Shown here one piece after another: positions 55,742 to 64,000 of a stretch of DNA of 64,000 nucleotides. Source of the stretch: a virus. Lineage: Duplodnaviria > Caudoviricetes. A model generated the notes under the pieces. It worked only from the letters and a program-made list of their open reading frames with translations. It searched no databases and had not been told where the DNA came from. The stretch spans positions 26,666 to 90,665 of IMG/VR virus record IMGVR_UViG_3300049192_000016; one strand, 5' to 3'. Every line of letters begins with the position of its first letter. Position 1 is the first letter of the stretch. A program made the position numbers and the translations under genes.

Positions 55742-57088
55742 ATGACAGTATCAAATTTACCGGCAGCACCAGCTAGAACTATGGAGCCTGCTACGTTTGC
55801 AACCACAGCAGATGCATTTGTGGCAGCCCTTGTAAATCTTCCTAGTGAAATTAATTCTACAGCAGCTACAATTAACAGTCAAGCTGCCACTGTAGCAACG
55901 AATACAGCCACCTCTACAACTGACGCTAATAATGCAGCAGCCTCTGCTACAGCAGCAGCTACAGCGGCTAGTGCAGCAGCTTGGGTGAACGGAGGTACTT
56001 ATGCATTGAATGCTAGTGCTATTAGCCAGATTAATTTTCAAACGTATAGGAAGATTACAGCGTCCAGTGTGACTACAACTGATCCTGCATTAGATTCTAC
56101 AAACTGGACTCCTATCTCTGTAACATTGATTCGTGGTGTAGTACAGTCTGCAAATAACACTCTAGGTGTGGTGGACAACGGTAAGATTATTTACGGTTCT
56201 GGAACTTATACTCAGAATATTGGAAACACTACCAATCAAAAGGCTGGTTGGTATGTGTATGTTAGAAACACTGGTTCGGGTGACATCACTATAACGTCAT
56301 CTAATCTAGTGGATGGTTTATCTTCGTACATTATGTATTCTGGAGAAACACGATTGTTTGTCTCTGATGGGACTAACTTCAACAGTGTTATTCTCACTTC
56401 ATTCTACCGCGTCTGGACAACAACAGCAAGCAATAATTTCACAAAACCTCCGGGATACAACTATTTCGAAGGATTGGCTTGGAGTGGGGGCGGGGGTGGT
56501 GGTAAACAACCTACAAGTAACCTAGCAATAGGTGGAGGTGGAGGAGGTTGTTTCCCGTTTAAAATTCGGGCAAGTGATTTAGGAGCAACAGAAACAATCT
56601 CTATTGGTGGTGGTGGGGCTGCGAGGACAACTAACGGAAGTCCTAACGCTGGCGGTGAAACATCTATAGGAAGTAAGATTTTCGTGGCGGGTGGTAGTTC
56701 CAGTGGATCGGGATATGGCGGCGCTATTTCATTGTTTTCAGGGAATGTCCCTATTACTCAATCCACTGGTGGTCTATCAGTAGGTTTTGAGACTGCTTCA
56801 TCTCCAACGGGGGGTTCAGCCGTGTGGGGCGGTGCTTCCGCTACTAGTAATGGTACAGTGGCCACTTATAGATCAGTTTATGGCGGGGGTAATGGGGGAA
56901 CTGTGGATGGTAGTAACGTAGCTTTAGCAGCAGGTTTTTCTATTCATGCTGGAAATGGTGGTGCAGCGTCTGTTGCATCCAACGGAACAGATGGAACAAT
57001 TCCAGCAGGAGGTGGTGGTGCAACACAAACAGGTACACAATCCGGTGCTGGTGCTCGTGGTGAAGTAAGAATGTGGGGTGTGTGCTAA
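55742..57088 (+). CDS. tail fibre / receptor-binding protein with a Gly-rich C-terminal domain
   Basis: N-terminal LPAAP anchor, Ala/Thr-rich coil, GGGGG-rich C-terminal domain. Confidence 0.7.
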   Translation: MTVSNLPAAPARTMEPATFATTADAFVAALVNLPSEINSTAATINSQAATVATNTATSTTDANNAAASATAAATAASAAAWVNGGTYALNASAISQINFQTYRKITASSVTTTDPALDSTNWTPISVTLIRGVVQSANNTLGVVDNGKIIYGSGTYTQNIGNTTNQKAGWYVYVRNTGSGDITITSSNLVDGLSSYIMYSGETRLFVSDGTNFNSVILTSFYRVWTTTASNNFTKPPGYNYFEGLAWSGGGGGGKQPTSNLAIGGGGGGCFPFKIRASDLGATETISIGGGGAARTTNGSPNAGGETSIGSKIFVAGGSSSGSGYGGAISLFSGNVPITQSTGGLSVGFETASSPTGGSAVWGGASATSNGTVATYRSVYGGGNGGTVDGSNVALAAGFSIHAGNGGAASVASNGTDGTIPAGGGGATQTGTQSGAGARGEVRMWGVC

Positions 57089-57157
57089 TGAAAAACCATT
57101 ATCACGGTGTGTTGATCACTTACTCTTGTAAAGTCTGCCAATAAACAAGGAGAAAAC

Positions 57158-57643
57158 ATGTTAGACATTATTAATACAATCCAATCATCTAATTTTGACG
57201 AACAAGCTTACCTCGCATCCCAAGCAGAAATCCCAACAATCACTGTAATTCATCTTGATGAAAACAACGTAGTAAAAAACTTTATCTCTGTTGTTGACAT
57301 TAATGATATGCCAAATTGTGTGGAATGGCAAGACGGTGTGAAAGTTGGTGATGTGTACGATCCTGACACACAAACATTCATTCCTACCCCAGCCCCGAAG
57401 ATTGTACCACAATCTGTCACAATGCGCCAAGCCCGTCTTGCTTTACTTGGTGCGGGATTGCTATCTCAAGTGGATGCCGCTATTGAGTCCCTTGATGATC
57501 CTGTAAAGACGGTGGCACAAATCGAATGGCAATTCAGTTCATCGGTTGAGCGTAATCGTCAGCTTGTAAATGTCCTTGGTCCGTTGCTTGGATTGTCTGA
57601 AGATGAATTGGATGATTTGTTTATTGAGGCGGCGAAGCTATGA
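57158..57643 (+). CDS. tail fibre-associated protein
   Basis: VPQSVTMRQARLAL...IEWQFS motif commonly found after fibre genes; AAGGAG RBS. Confidence 0.6.
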   Translation: MLDIINTIQSSNFDEQAYLASQAEIPTITVIHLDENNVVKNFISVVDINDMPNCVEWQDGVKVGDVYDPDTQTFIPTPAPKIVPQSVTMRQARLALLGAGLLSQVDAAIESLDDPVKTVAQIEWQFSSSVERNRQLVNVLGPLLGLSEDELDDLFIEAAKL

Positions 57644-58116
57644 AATATTCAGAGTATAGAGGGAATATTAAGAGTGGGGATGTGATAGCAACGTCACATC
57701 CATCTCCAGTAAGACTATTTACGGCTTCAGAGTTTAACCACAATGGAATAGTATGGAAGGTTGGAAAGCGACTGTTTATTCTTGAAGCCGTTTGGCCTAA
57801 AGTGAGATTAGTCCCCCTTTCTGTTTATGCTAAAAAGGGGTTTTACGTTATTCACACAAAAACTCCTCCTAATAGTGCAGAGCTTGAATTCTTGTTGTCT
57901 AAAGTAGGTGTTTCTAGATATTCCATTTGGGATTGTGTTCTAGCTTTCTTCAAAAAACTTGATATCGGGGCAGACAATAATTATGAATGCAGCGAGCTAG
58001 TAATAGCTGCAAGAAAGTTATCAGGGGTATTTCTAGGAAACGTAGCAGTCCCTTCCTATGTTGTGGAGGAGGCTTTGAACCAAGGAATGAGTATTGTACA
58101 TATTGAAGGAGGATGA
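57640..58116 (+). CDS. permuted papain-like NlpC/P60 protein (YaeF/YiiX family)
   Basis: IKSGDVI, FNHNGIV (His), EA, YECSELV (Cys) in permuted order. Confidence 0.8.
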   Translation: MKYSEYRGNIKSGDVIATSHPSPVRLFTASEFNHNGIVWKVGKRLFILEAVWPKVRLVPLSVYAKKGFYVIHTKTPPNSAELEFLLSKVGVSRYSIWDCVLAFFKKLDIGADNNYECSELVIAARKLSGVFLGNVAVPSYVVEEALNQGMSIVHIEGG

Positions 58117-58374
58117 ATGGAAGGATTTAGCGTAGCGGGGGTAGTTCAAGGGCTGTTAACTGTTTTGTTGATTGTATTGTGGAGTATGTTTACAGATATG
58201 AAAAAACAGCTTAAAGATACACAAAAAGAAGTTAGCGATTACAAGCAATATGTTGCTGAGAAATATGCCACAGCAGATGAACTTCGCTCGGCATTAGAAT
58301 CTGTTAAAGAGTTGCTATTACGTCTTGACGATAAGATTGACGATATTAGAAGTCAAGGAAGACGACATGATTAA
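58117..58374 (+). CDS. holin-like / XhlA-like membrane protein
   Basis: One N-terminal TM helix plus coiled coil; precedes the endolysin. Confidence 0.6.
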   Translation: MEGFSVAGVVQGLLTVLLIVLWSMFTDMKKQLKDTQKEVSDYKQYVAEKYATADELRSALESVKELLLRLDDKIDDIRSQGRRHD

Positions 58375-58783
58375 TAGTCGAAAAATAGAAGACCTTGCAC
58401 CAGAGATGCAAGAGAAGTGTAGAGCTTTCATTGCTCTTTGCGCCCTCAATGGGATAGACATAATCATCACGTCTACGTATAGGGATTTTGAATCGCAGGA
58501 TGCTTTGTATGCACAGGGACGTACAAAGCCCGGCTCTAGGGTGACAAACGCTAAGGCTGGAGAAAGCTATCATAACTTCCGTGTAGCGTTTGATTGGGTT
58601 CCTGTAATTAACGGGAAAGCCATCTGGAATGACACAAAGCTGTTGACTAAGTGCGGTGTGCTGGCAGAACAAGTTGGCTTAGAGTGGGCTGGTAGGTGGA
58701 CATCTTTTAAGGAGATGGTTCATTGCCAATTGAAAGGTGTAACACTTGAACAATTGAGGAAACAAAATGTTGGAAAAAATTAA
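58367..58783 (+). CDS. endolysin, peptidase M15 (L-Ala-D-Glu endopeptidase type)
   Basis: R...Q..LYAQGRT, SYHNF..AFD, EMVHCQL motifs; start set at ATG 58367. Confidence 0.9.
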   Translation: MINSRKIEDLAPEMQEKCRAFIALCALNGIDIIITSTYRDFESQDALYAQGRTKPGSRVTNAKAGESYHNFRVAFDWVPVINGKAIWNDTKLLTKCGVLAEQVGLEWAGRWTSFKEMVHCQLKGVTLEQLRKQNVGKN

Positions 58784-59135
58784 AGCCTTTTATAATCTCT
58801 TTCGCTTGGGGCAAACCGTCGCAGACAAACAATTCTGGCAGCGTAGACAGGTCGATGTCGTTCCTACTTTGTCTGTTGGTCTGGTGGCTCTATACCAATT
58901 GGGAAAACAATTCGGAGTCCACTGGCCGCTGGATGAAAATAGTATTAACTTTCTGGCTGTTGCTTTGTATGGTGTTGTAAATACTATTTTGACAATTATT
59001 ACTTCTGAGCACCTCGGCATTCCTGTTGCTGATGAACAGGTAGCCGCACAAGAAGACCTTCCTTCCCGCTTCGATGCCGACACGATGCAACGTGCAAAAG
59101 AATGGCTGGCACAAAATAAAAAGGCCGACAACTAA
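58767..59135 (+). CDS. putative holin
   Basis: Two hydrophobic helices; overlaps the endolysin stop. Confidence 0.6.
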   Translation: MLEKIKAFYNLFRLGQTVADKQFWQRRQVDVVPTLSVGLVALYQLGKQFGVHWPLDENSINFLAVALYGVVNTILTIITSEHLGIPVADEQVAAQEDLPSRFDADTMQRAKEWLAQNKKADN

Positions 59136-59147
59136 GTCAGCCCTCTC

Positions 59148-59173
59148 AGGCCCCTGAAGGGGCCTTTTCTTTT
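59148..59173. terminator. terminator between convergent operons
   Basis: AGGCCCC-TGAA-GGGGCCT followed by TTTCTTTT. Confidence 0.8.
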
Positions 59174-59450
59174 ATGCAGCTTTGGTTTCTTTGAGACTCT
59201 TAACAAACCTGCCAGCATCATTGTAGAATTTAACAGACGTGTCCACCAAGCCACTAATGACACTCAAAACATCCTCAAACTTTACAACAGGATTGGTTGC
59301 ATTGTAGCACGATTCAATGATGGACAATGCTAGAGTTTTCTTCTCAGCACCAGTCAAATCGCCTGCATGAATCTCTTCTACAGACTTGACAACATCGGTG
59401 ACAATGGGCAGGAAGGTTGCAGCCGTACGTACGATAGTGAAAAAGCTCAT
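59172..59450 (-). CDS. hypothetical amphipathic helical protein
   Basis: GGAG RBS; TGAEKK motif. Confidence 0.6.
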   Translation of the reverse strand: MSFFTIVRTAATFLPIVTDVVKSVEEIHAGDLTGAEKKTLALSIIESCYNATNPVVKFEDVLSVISGLVDTSVKFYNDAGRFVKSLKETKAA

Positions 59451-59467
59451 TTGTGTCTCCCTAGTTA

Positions 59468-59860
59468 TTAGTCAATAAGTTTATTCAGTTGATCAAAAGT
59501 GCGACCTTTGAGAATAGTTGTTACAACTACATCTTTCTCTTCTTTGGCACGGGCATAATAATAATCCTTCAACTGTTTTGATTTGAAAGGATTGGTTGTG
59601 TCTTTAGTTGCCCGCGCTGCTCCTTTAATTGCTTCAGAAATTTCTGTATTCCAATCTTTGATTTCGTCACGCAATGACTTGATTGTATCATCAGTTTCAT
59701 AAAGCAACTTCAATTCTTCCTGAGCAGCTTTTACGTTGTTCTTCAAACGCAACACATCTTGATTTTCTTCAAGGTATGCTTTAAGCTCCTCTTTCTTCTC
59801 AGTCAACGAGCGAATCTTGGGCATAATTTCTTGTGTGTAACTACGCAATACTTCAGACAT
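59468..59860 (-). CDS. coiled-coil hypothetical protein
   Basis: Heptad-rich; start set at ATG 59860. Confidence 0.65.
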   Translation of the reverse strand: MSEVLRSYTQEIMPKIRSLTEKKEELKAYLEENQDVLRLKNNVKAAQEELKLLYETDDTIKSLRDEIKDWNTEISEAIKGAARATKDTTNPFKSKQLKDYYYARAKEEKDVVVTTILKGRTFDQLNKLID

Positions 59861-60026
59861 TCCATTCTTCCTTTCCATATTCAATCAATTTCGCTACAAC
59901 AGCTTTAGCATCTTCTTTTGGATCACCGAATGATTCAGAAAACAATTCAGGATGGTCATTGAACTCTTGATAGAGGCGAGTTAAGCCATTTTCAAGCTGT
60001 TGTACTGTAAATGTAATTTGTTCCAT
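59853..60026 (-). CDS. hypothetical protein
   Basis: GAGG RBS before ATG 60026. Confidence 0.55.
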   Translation of the reverse strand: MEQITFTVQQLENGLTRLYQEFNDHPELFSESFGDPKEDAKAVVAKLIEYGKEEWNV

Positions 60027-60187
60027 ACTATTCCTCTTTAGGTTCATCATCCACGAATCCAAATTCTAGGTCACGAAACGTTGCTTCCATGGTGCGCATA
60101 GAGACATAGTAATCTGTAGTTTCTTGATAAAAAAGTTTGAAAAGTTCAAAGCGAATTTCTACTTCTTTTGAAGAATGCTTATCCATG

Positions 60188-60370
60188 TCACATCACCACA
60201 CGAGTATCACGTTTACCATTTTCATCGCTGTAACTTACCCACAGCTTGCCTTTGCTGACATACGCCGTAGCGTGGAACTCAGCATTGATGTTACGTGCAG
60301 CACGCTCTTCATCACCACCGACTTTCACAGTACGCATAGCACTGCTAACAATTTGATCAAAAACTTTCAT
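60188..60370 (-). CDS. hypothetical protein
   Basis: GGAGG RBS. Confidence 0.55.
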   Translation of the reverse strand: MKVFDQIVSSAMRTVKVGGDEERAARNINAEFHATAYVSKGKLWVSYSDENGKRDTRVVM

Positions 60371-60381
60371 GATAGTCCTCC

Positions 60382-60630
60382 TTAATCTTTATATTGATAG
60401 CCCACATAGCTACCCTCTGGTTTGTCGTGTTGGTAGACATTAGGGTAGTTTGACATATTCTTCCAATGTGTGCCTAGATTACCAACAACTTCCATTGGCC
60501 CATCTTCCATCCTCCACCACACTTTATCACTTTTTGTCACAATTCCATCCCGCACTACTCTGACGCTATCTAAAACAGTGGGTACGAAATACCTTGAGAT
60601 GAAATCTACTTGTTCTTTAGTGAATTTCAC
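60382..60630 (-). CDS. hypothetical protein
   Basis: AAGGAGG RBS. Confidence 0.6.
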   Translation of the reverse strand: MKFTKEQVDFISRYFVPTVLDSVRVVRDGIVTKSDKVWWRMEDGPMEVVGNLGTHWKNMSNYPNVYQHDKPEGSYVGYQYKD

Positions 60631-60669
60631 AAATTCCTCCTTATGTTGTTTGCCTCAATTGACAGAAGA

Positions 60670-60698
60670 AGTGTATCTAACAAAATCTCTCCTGTCAA
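60670..60698 (-). promoter_or_regulatory. sigma70-type promoter
   Basis: TTGACA-N17-TACACT on the minus strand. Confidence 0.7.
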
Positions 60699-60709
60699 GA
60701 CCTTTTTAG

Positions 60710-61276
60710 TTAAATTTGCTCTCGTTTAGCGTTAGAACGTTTAGTCCACTTCTTACGCTTACGATCTACTGCTTCCTCTTGATGGTAGTCTTGAGGGCGT
60801 TTCAAACTCCCGTCCCTTCGATACTGATCACCCCTTACGGCACGTAAGACCATGGACATGTTCATGATTTCATCTTCAATGGCTTCAATTTCATCTTGTT
60901 CCAAATAAGCTTCTTTGTCTTCTTCCAACTCGTTTCCTTCTGAATAATTCGTTTGTGAACGTTCCATGGATGCTAAATGCTCTGCCAAGGAAAGATCACC
61001 CTGCCCAATCTGTCGGTCTTCTGCTGTACACCATTCAGATAATTGGAATAACCTGTCTGTACGGCACTCACCAGAAATAATCAATCCTACTCCAACTTGC
61101 TTATCCCAGCTTCTATGTAGAGCTACATTGTAGGCTAAACCTCTCTCAAGGTCAAAGCCAATAGTGTGCAATACAGGATTCACAAGATGGTCATTTGCAG
61201 GATTCATCAAGTCAATATCAGACAGATGGGACAAGAAGGAAACCTTTCTAATATCTCGCCCACTGATAACTTTCAA
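60710..61276 (-). CDS. hypothetical protein
   Basis: 188-aa ORF in operon with nrdA; acidic middle, basic tail. Confidence 0.65.
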   Translation of the reverse strand: MKVISGRDIRKVSFLSHLSDIDLMNPANDHLVNPVLHTIGFDLERGLAYNVALHRSWDKQVGVGLIISGECRTDRLFQLSEWCTAEDRQIGQGDLSLAEHLASMERSQTNYSEGNELEEDKEAYLEQDEIEAIEDEIMNMSMVLRAVRGDQYRRDGSLKRPQDYHQEEAVDRKRKKWTKRSNAKREQI

Positions 61277-61491
61277 AGACCTTCCTCCTGTTTAAACTCT
61301 TCAATGTAAGTGTAATAGCTCACTAGTTCTTGACCGTCTACAGGGAATGTTTTCTCCATTTCCAGTACAGGAACACCATTAGCTGTAAAAGTAGTAATAG
61401 TGGTCAGTTGGTTAATTACACCTTCAATGGAAGGATGTTCTGCAACTATACGACTAGCCATACTAGAATTAATTGGTACACGACGTTTCAT
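61273..61491 (-). CDS. hypothetical protein
   Basis: AAGGAG RBS. Confidence 0.6.
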   Translation of the reverse strand: MKRRVPINSSMASRIVAEHPSIEGVINQLTTITTFTANGVPVLEMEKTFPVDGQELVSYYTYIEEFKQEEGL

Positions 61492-61504
61492 GTTTGTTTC
61501 TCCT

Positions 61505-63247
61505 TTACATACAAGCTACACATTCACTATTGGAACTTACAACACCACGGGAAGAGTACACATAGTACAAACTCAGAATGTTTTCGTTCTCAAAAGCTTC
61601 TTGGTGAATTTCTGAAATCAAATGTTCATCAGCATTACCTGCAAAGAAGAGATTCACAGATTGACCTTGATCAATGTATTTCTGACGGGTTGCTGCTAAA
61701 CGAACGATATCTCTTTGGTTGATTTCAAATGCTGTTTTGAACACCCTCTTTTCCTCATCAGACAACCAATCGACGTGTTGTACACTTCCGTAGCCCTTTA
61801 CAACATCTTTGATACAATTTTCTACATCCAAACCTTTAGATTTAATGAGAGCAAGCAAAGTAGGATTTACACGATCTACTTCACCCGCAGCCGTCAATTG
61901 CGTAAAACTCATTGCAACATCAGGGTTGATACCTTCACTAATTCCACCGTAGATCAATGCTGTACTCTTTGTTGGAGCCACAGCCATCCTGTGTGTAAAA
62001 CGAACACCGTAACCTTTACACCACTCAGGTTCACCTAATTCTTGAGCAAGCCATTTAGAAGCCTTTAAGGATTCCTCATCAATTTGTTTAAAAATAATAC
62101 CATTAAACAAATGTGCTTCAATACCTCCAAACTCCATGTTGTGTGATTGAAGATAGGTGTGGAAACCACCTGCGCCAAGGCCAATAGCTCGTCCTTTTTC
62201 CGTAGAACGTACAGCTTTTTCCATACCCTTAATTTTTCTTGCTTGTTCCAGAAACTCAGACACTACACAATCCAAGAAAACAGTGGCAACGAATACAGCA
62301 TCAGTATTTTTCCATTCGTCTGCTTTAGCTAAATTCATCCAAGACAATACACAAGTGTAAGTGTGCTCCAAATCTGAATGCAACATAATTTCCGAACAAA
62401 GTTGACTCGATGCAACTTTTAATCCTCTATCTTTGTACATTTCAGGAACTTGACGGTTTACTTTGTCAATAAAGAAAAAGTATCCTTTACCAAAGATCAT
62501 TTTCGCTTTAAGAGCACGTTGATAACGCTTGACAGCTTCTTTATTTCCTTTGTTCAGTTTGGAAATGAATTTATCTGTAATGATCCAGCCGAGATTTAAA
62601 TCATCAGGTTGTTCTTCAAGGTATTGAATCACTTCCCAAAAATCCCCGTGCTCAATGTTCAAATAACCTGCCCATGCTCCACGCCGGGCAGTTCCTTGTG
62701 CCACGTCGCGCATATCCTGCACAAAGTGTTTTAGAACAGGAAGCACGCCGGAGGCTTTACCGCCAACACTAATCGGGCTCCCCCGTTTACGAATATTAGA
62801 CAAATCACTAGCTGTACCAAAGCCTTGTTTAGTCAAGATAGCAATCTCTTTATAAGCATCATAAAAACCTTCAATACTGTCTTCAACCACACTACCAGCA
62901 CAACTTACGGGACAACCACGATTCGTTCCCATGTTCGCAAGCACAGGCGTTGAACAACATACCCAACCTTTCCACAGAACCTCCATGAACTTCATTGCCC
63001 AGTATTGACGAGAGTCTCTATGGGTATAATAAGTGTTACCGGAATCAATTGGAGCAGTCTTTTTTGGAGCATGTTTAGCCGCTGTTTCCGCAATTCGTTT
63101 AAATTGCTGATACGGATTTTCCGCTTGATACAAATACTTCTGCTTGAACATTTGGTAACCTGCTGTACTCATCCATTCAGGTATTGTACCATTAATCTGA
63201 CCTTCTTTTCGTTCTTGACTCAATTGCTCATACAAATCTACAGTCAT
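61505..63247 (-). CDS. nrdA: ribonucleotide reductase class Ia alpha subunit (no ATP cone)
   Basis: STPV, SCAG, RRGAWAGY, QLCSEI, VAPTKST, DQGQSVN, YYVYS, C-terminal CVAC. Confidence 0.95.
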   Translation of the reverse strand: MTVDLYEQLSQERKEGQINGTIPEWMSTAGYQMFKQKYLYQAENPYQQFKRIAETAAKHAPKKTAPIDSGNTYYTHRDSRQYWAMKFMEVLWKGWVCCSTPVLANMGTNRGCPVSCAGSVVEDSIEGFYDAYKEIAILTKQGFGTASDLSNIRKRGSPISVGGKASGVLPVLKHFVQDMRDVAQGTARRGAWAGYLNIEHGDFWEVIQYLEEQPDDLNLGWIITDKFISKLNKGNKEAVKRYQRALKAKMIFGKGYFFFIDKVNRQVPEMYKDRGLKVASSQLCSEIMLHSDLEHTYTCVLSWMNLAKADEWKNTDAVFVATVFLDCVVSEFLEQARKIKGMEKAVRSTEKGRAIGLGAGGFHTYLQSHNMEFGGIEAHLFNGIIFKQIDEESLKASKWLAQELGEPEWCKGYGVRFTHRMAVAPTKSTALIYGGISEGINPDVAMSFTQLTAAGEVDRVNPTLLALIKSKGLDVENCIKDVVKGYGSVQHVDWLSDEEKRVFKTAFEINQRDIVRLAATRQKYIDQGQSVNLFFAGNADEHLISEIHQEAFENENILSLYYVYSSRGVVSSNSECVACM

Positions 63248-64000
63248 TCAGTACCTTTCACTTTCCATTCAAAACCTTTTTCGTTCCAGTTACGTTGATA
63301 TTCCCTCCCAACACCAGCAAAGAAGTCATTCGACTGATAACCTTGAACTGCTGTGTAAAACCACTCAGCAATTTTATTCTCACCTTCATTAAAGCAAGGA
63401 TTCACACCCAATGCGTCGAGACAAATGTTAATTCGGTGGGCAACAAAATCTTCCATCTGATCTTTTGTAACACCGCGTAACGGACCTTTTTCAAATAGCA
63501 TTTCAATAATTCGTTTTTCGTGCTCCAGCAACTTGGCAGCGACAACTTCAATCTTACCGTGAAGGATGTCTAAATCTTCACCTTTCAGCTTCATCTCTTT
63601 CACAACTTGCTTAAAGAGTTTTGCCCCAGCTTCTTGGTGCAGTCCTTCATCAATTACACTTTGATTAATTCCTCGTACAGTGTTTGCAATCATATTATTT
63701 CCGTTACTTTGGAAGTTTTTAAACATTGCAAAATTACTGAACAAGATTGCGCCCTCCATAATGCTGAAAGCTGCCAAACTCAATAAATCATCGTCACTAT
63801 CTACAACATTGTTCAGAAACTTCATTCGGTCATTAAGCACAGGATCATCTACGTAACTTGTGTAGAATTCATCTGTATTCAGGCCAAGTACCTCATTTAG
63901 TTTGTTGTAGAATGGTGCATGTACAGCAAGTTCCATCATACCAAACACAGAAGCCATTCGTTGAATTTCTGGACGAGGGAATTTATTCATCACTCGTGTC
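63244..64000 (-). CDS. nrdB: ribonucleotide reductase beta subunit, 5' end outside window
   Basis: MELAVH...FY, EGAILFSNF, DEGLH, NDFF motifs; frame open to the window edge. Confidence 0.92.
   Translation of the reverse strand, partial: TRVMNKFPRPEIQRMASVFGMMELAVHAPFYNKLNEVLGLNTDEFYTSYVDDPVLNDRMKFLNNVVDSDDDLLSLAAFSIMEGAILFSNFAMFKNFQSNGNNMIANTVRGINQSVIDEGLHQEAGAKLFKQVVKEMKLKGEDLDILHGKIEVVAAKLLEHEKRIIEMLFEKGPLRGVTKDQMEDFVAHRINICLDALGVNPCFNEGENKIAEWFYTAVQGYQSNDFFAGVGREYQRNWNEKGFEWKVKGTE

Noticed and set aside
7782-62360. Many opposite-strand or alternate-frame ORFs in the track (e.g. 7782-8576, 9114-9737, 24543-25196, 35975-36655, 49599-50063)
   Set aside because: They shadow well-supported genes, lack an RBS and show no recognisable motifs.
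1-64000. CRISPR array, rRNA, tmRNA, IS transposase, integrase/repressor lysogeny module
   Set aside because: I saw no regularly spaced direct repeats or diagnostic motifs by eye.
61505-64000. Intron or intein in nrdA or nrdB
   Set aside because: Frames are continuous, lengths are normal, and there are no intein splice motifs.

Overview
This window is 64 kb of a large, AT-rich, tailed dsDNA phage genome, probably virulent. It has the Felix O1/PAK_P1-like tRNA-terminase-portal-S49 protease-capsid gene order and a long non-contractile (siphovirus-type) tail. From left to right it contains: (1) 1-19.9 kb, dense + strand arrays of small hypothetical ORFs under consensus sigma70 promoters, including DenV, an Srd-like protein, GIY-YIG nucleases and a very acidic ArdA-like protein; (2) 19.9-20.6 kb, a non-coding strand-switch region with two perfect DnaA boxes, next to a serine recombinase; (3) 20.6-26.6 kb, - strand genes for an HNH nuclease, HD hydrolase, metallophosphoesterase, ClpP-like protease and PhoH; (4) 10 tRNA genes; (5) a freestanding endonuclease directly upstream of terL, whose Walker A motif is split by a 240-nt ORF-less group I intron that the ORF track misses; (6) head genes, then a 5-kb inserted virion appendage module (SGNH esterase, beta-helix-like protein, two proteins sharing a ~21-aa repeat, BppU-N-like protein), then tail genes with a -1 frameshift, a ~2230-aa tape measure protein with a DUF4214-like domain, a minimal tail tip and a lysis cassette; (7) - strand nrdA and a truncated nrdB. 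Family assignments come from recognising motifs by eye; no database search was run. A betaproteobacterial host is only a tentative inference.
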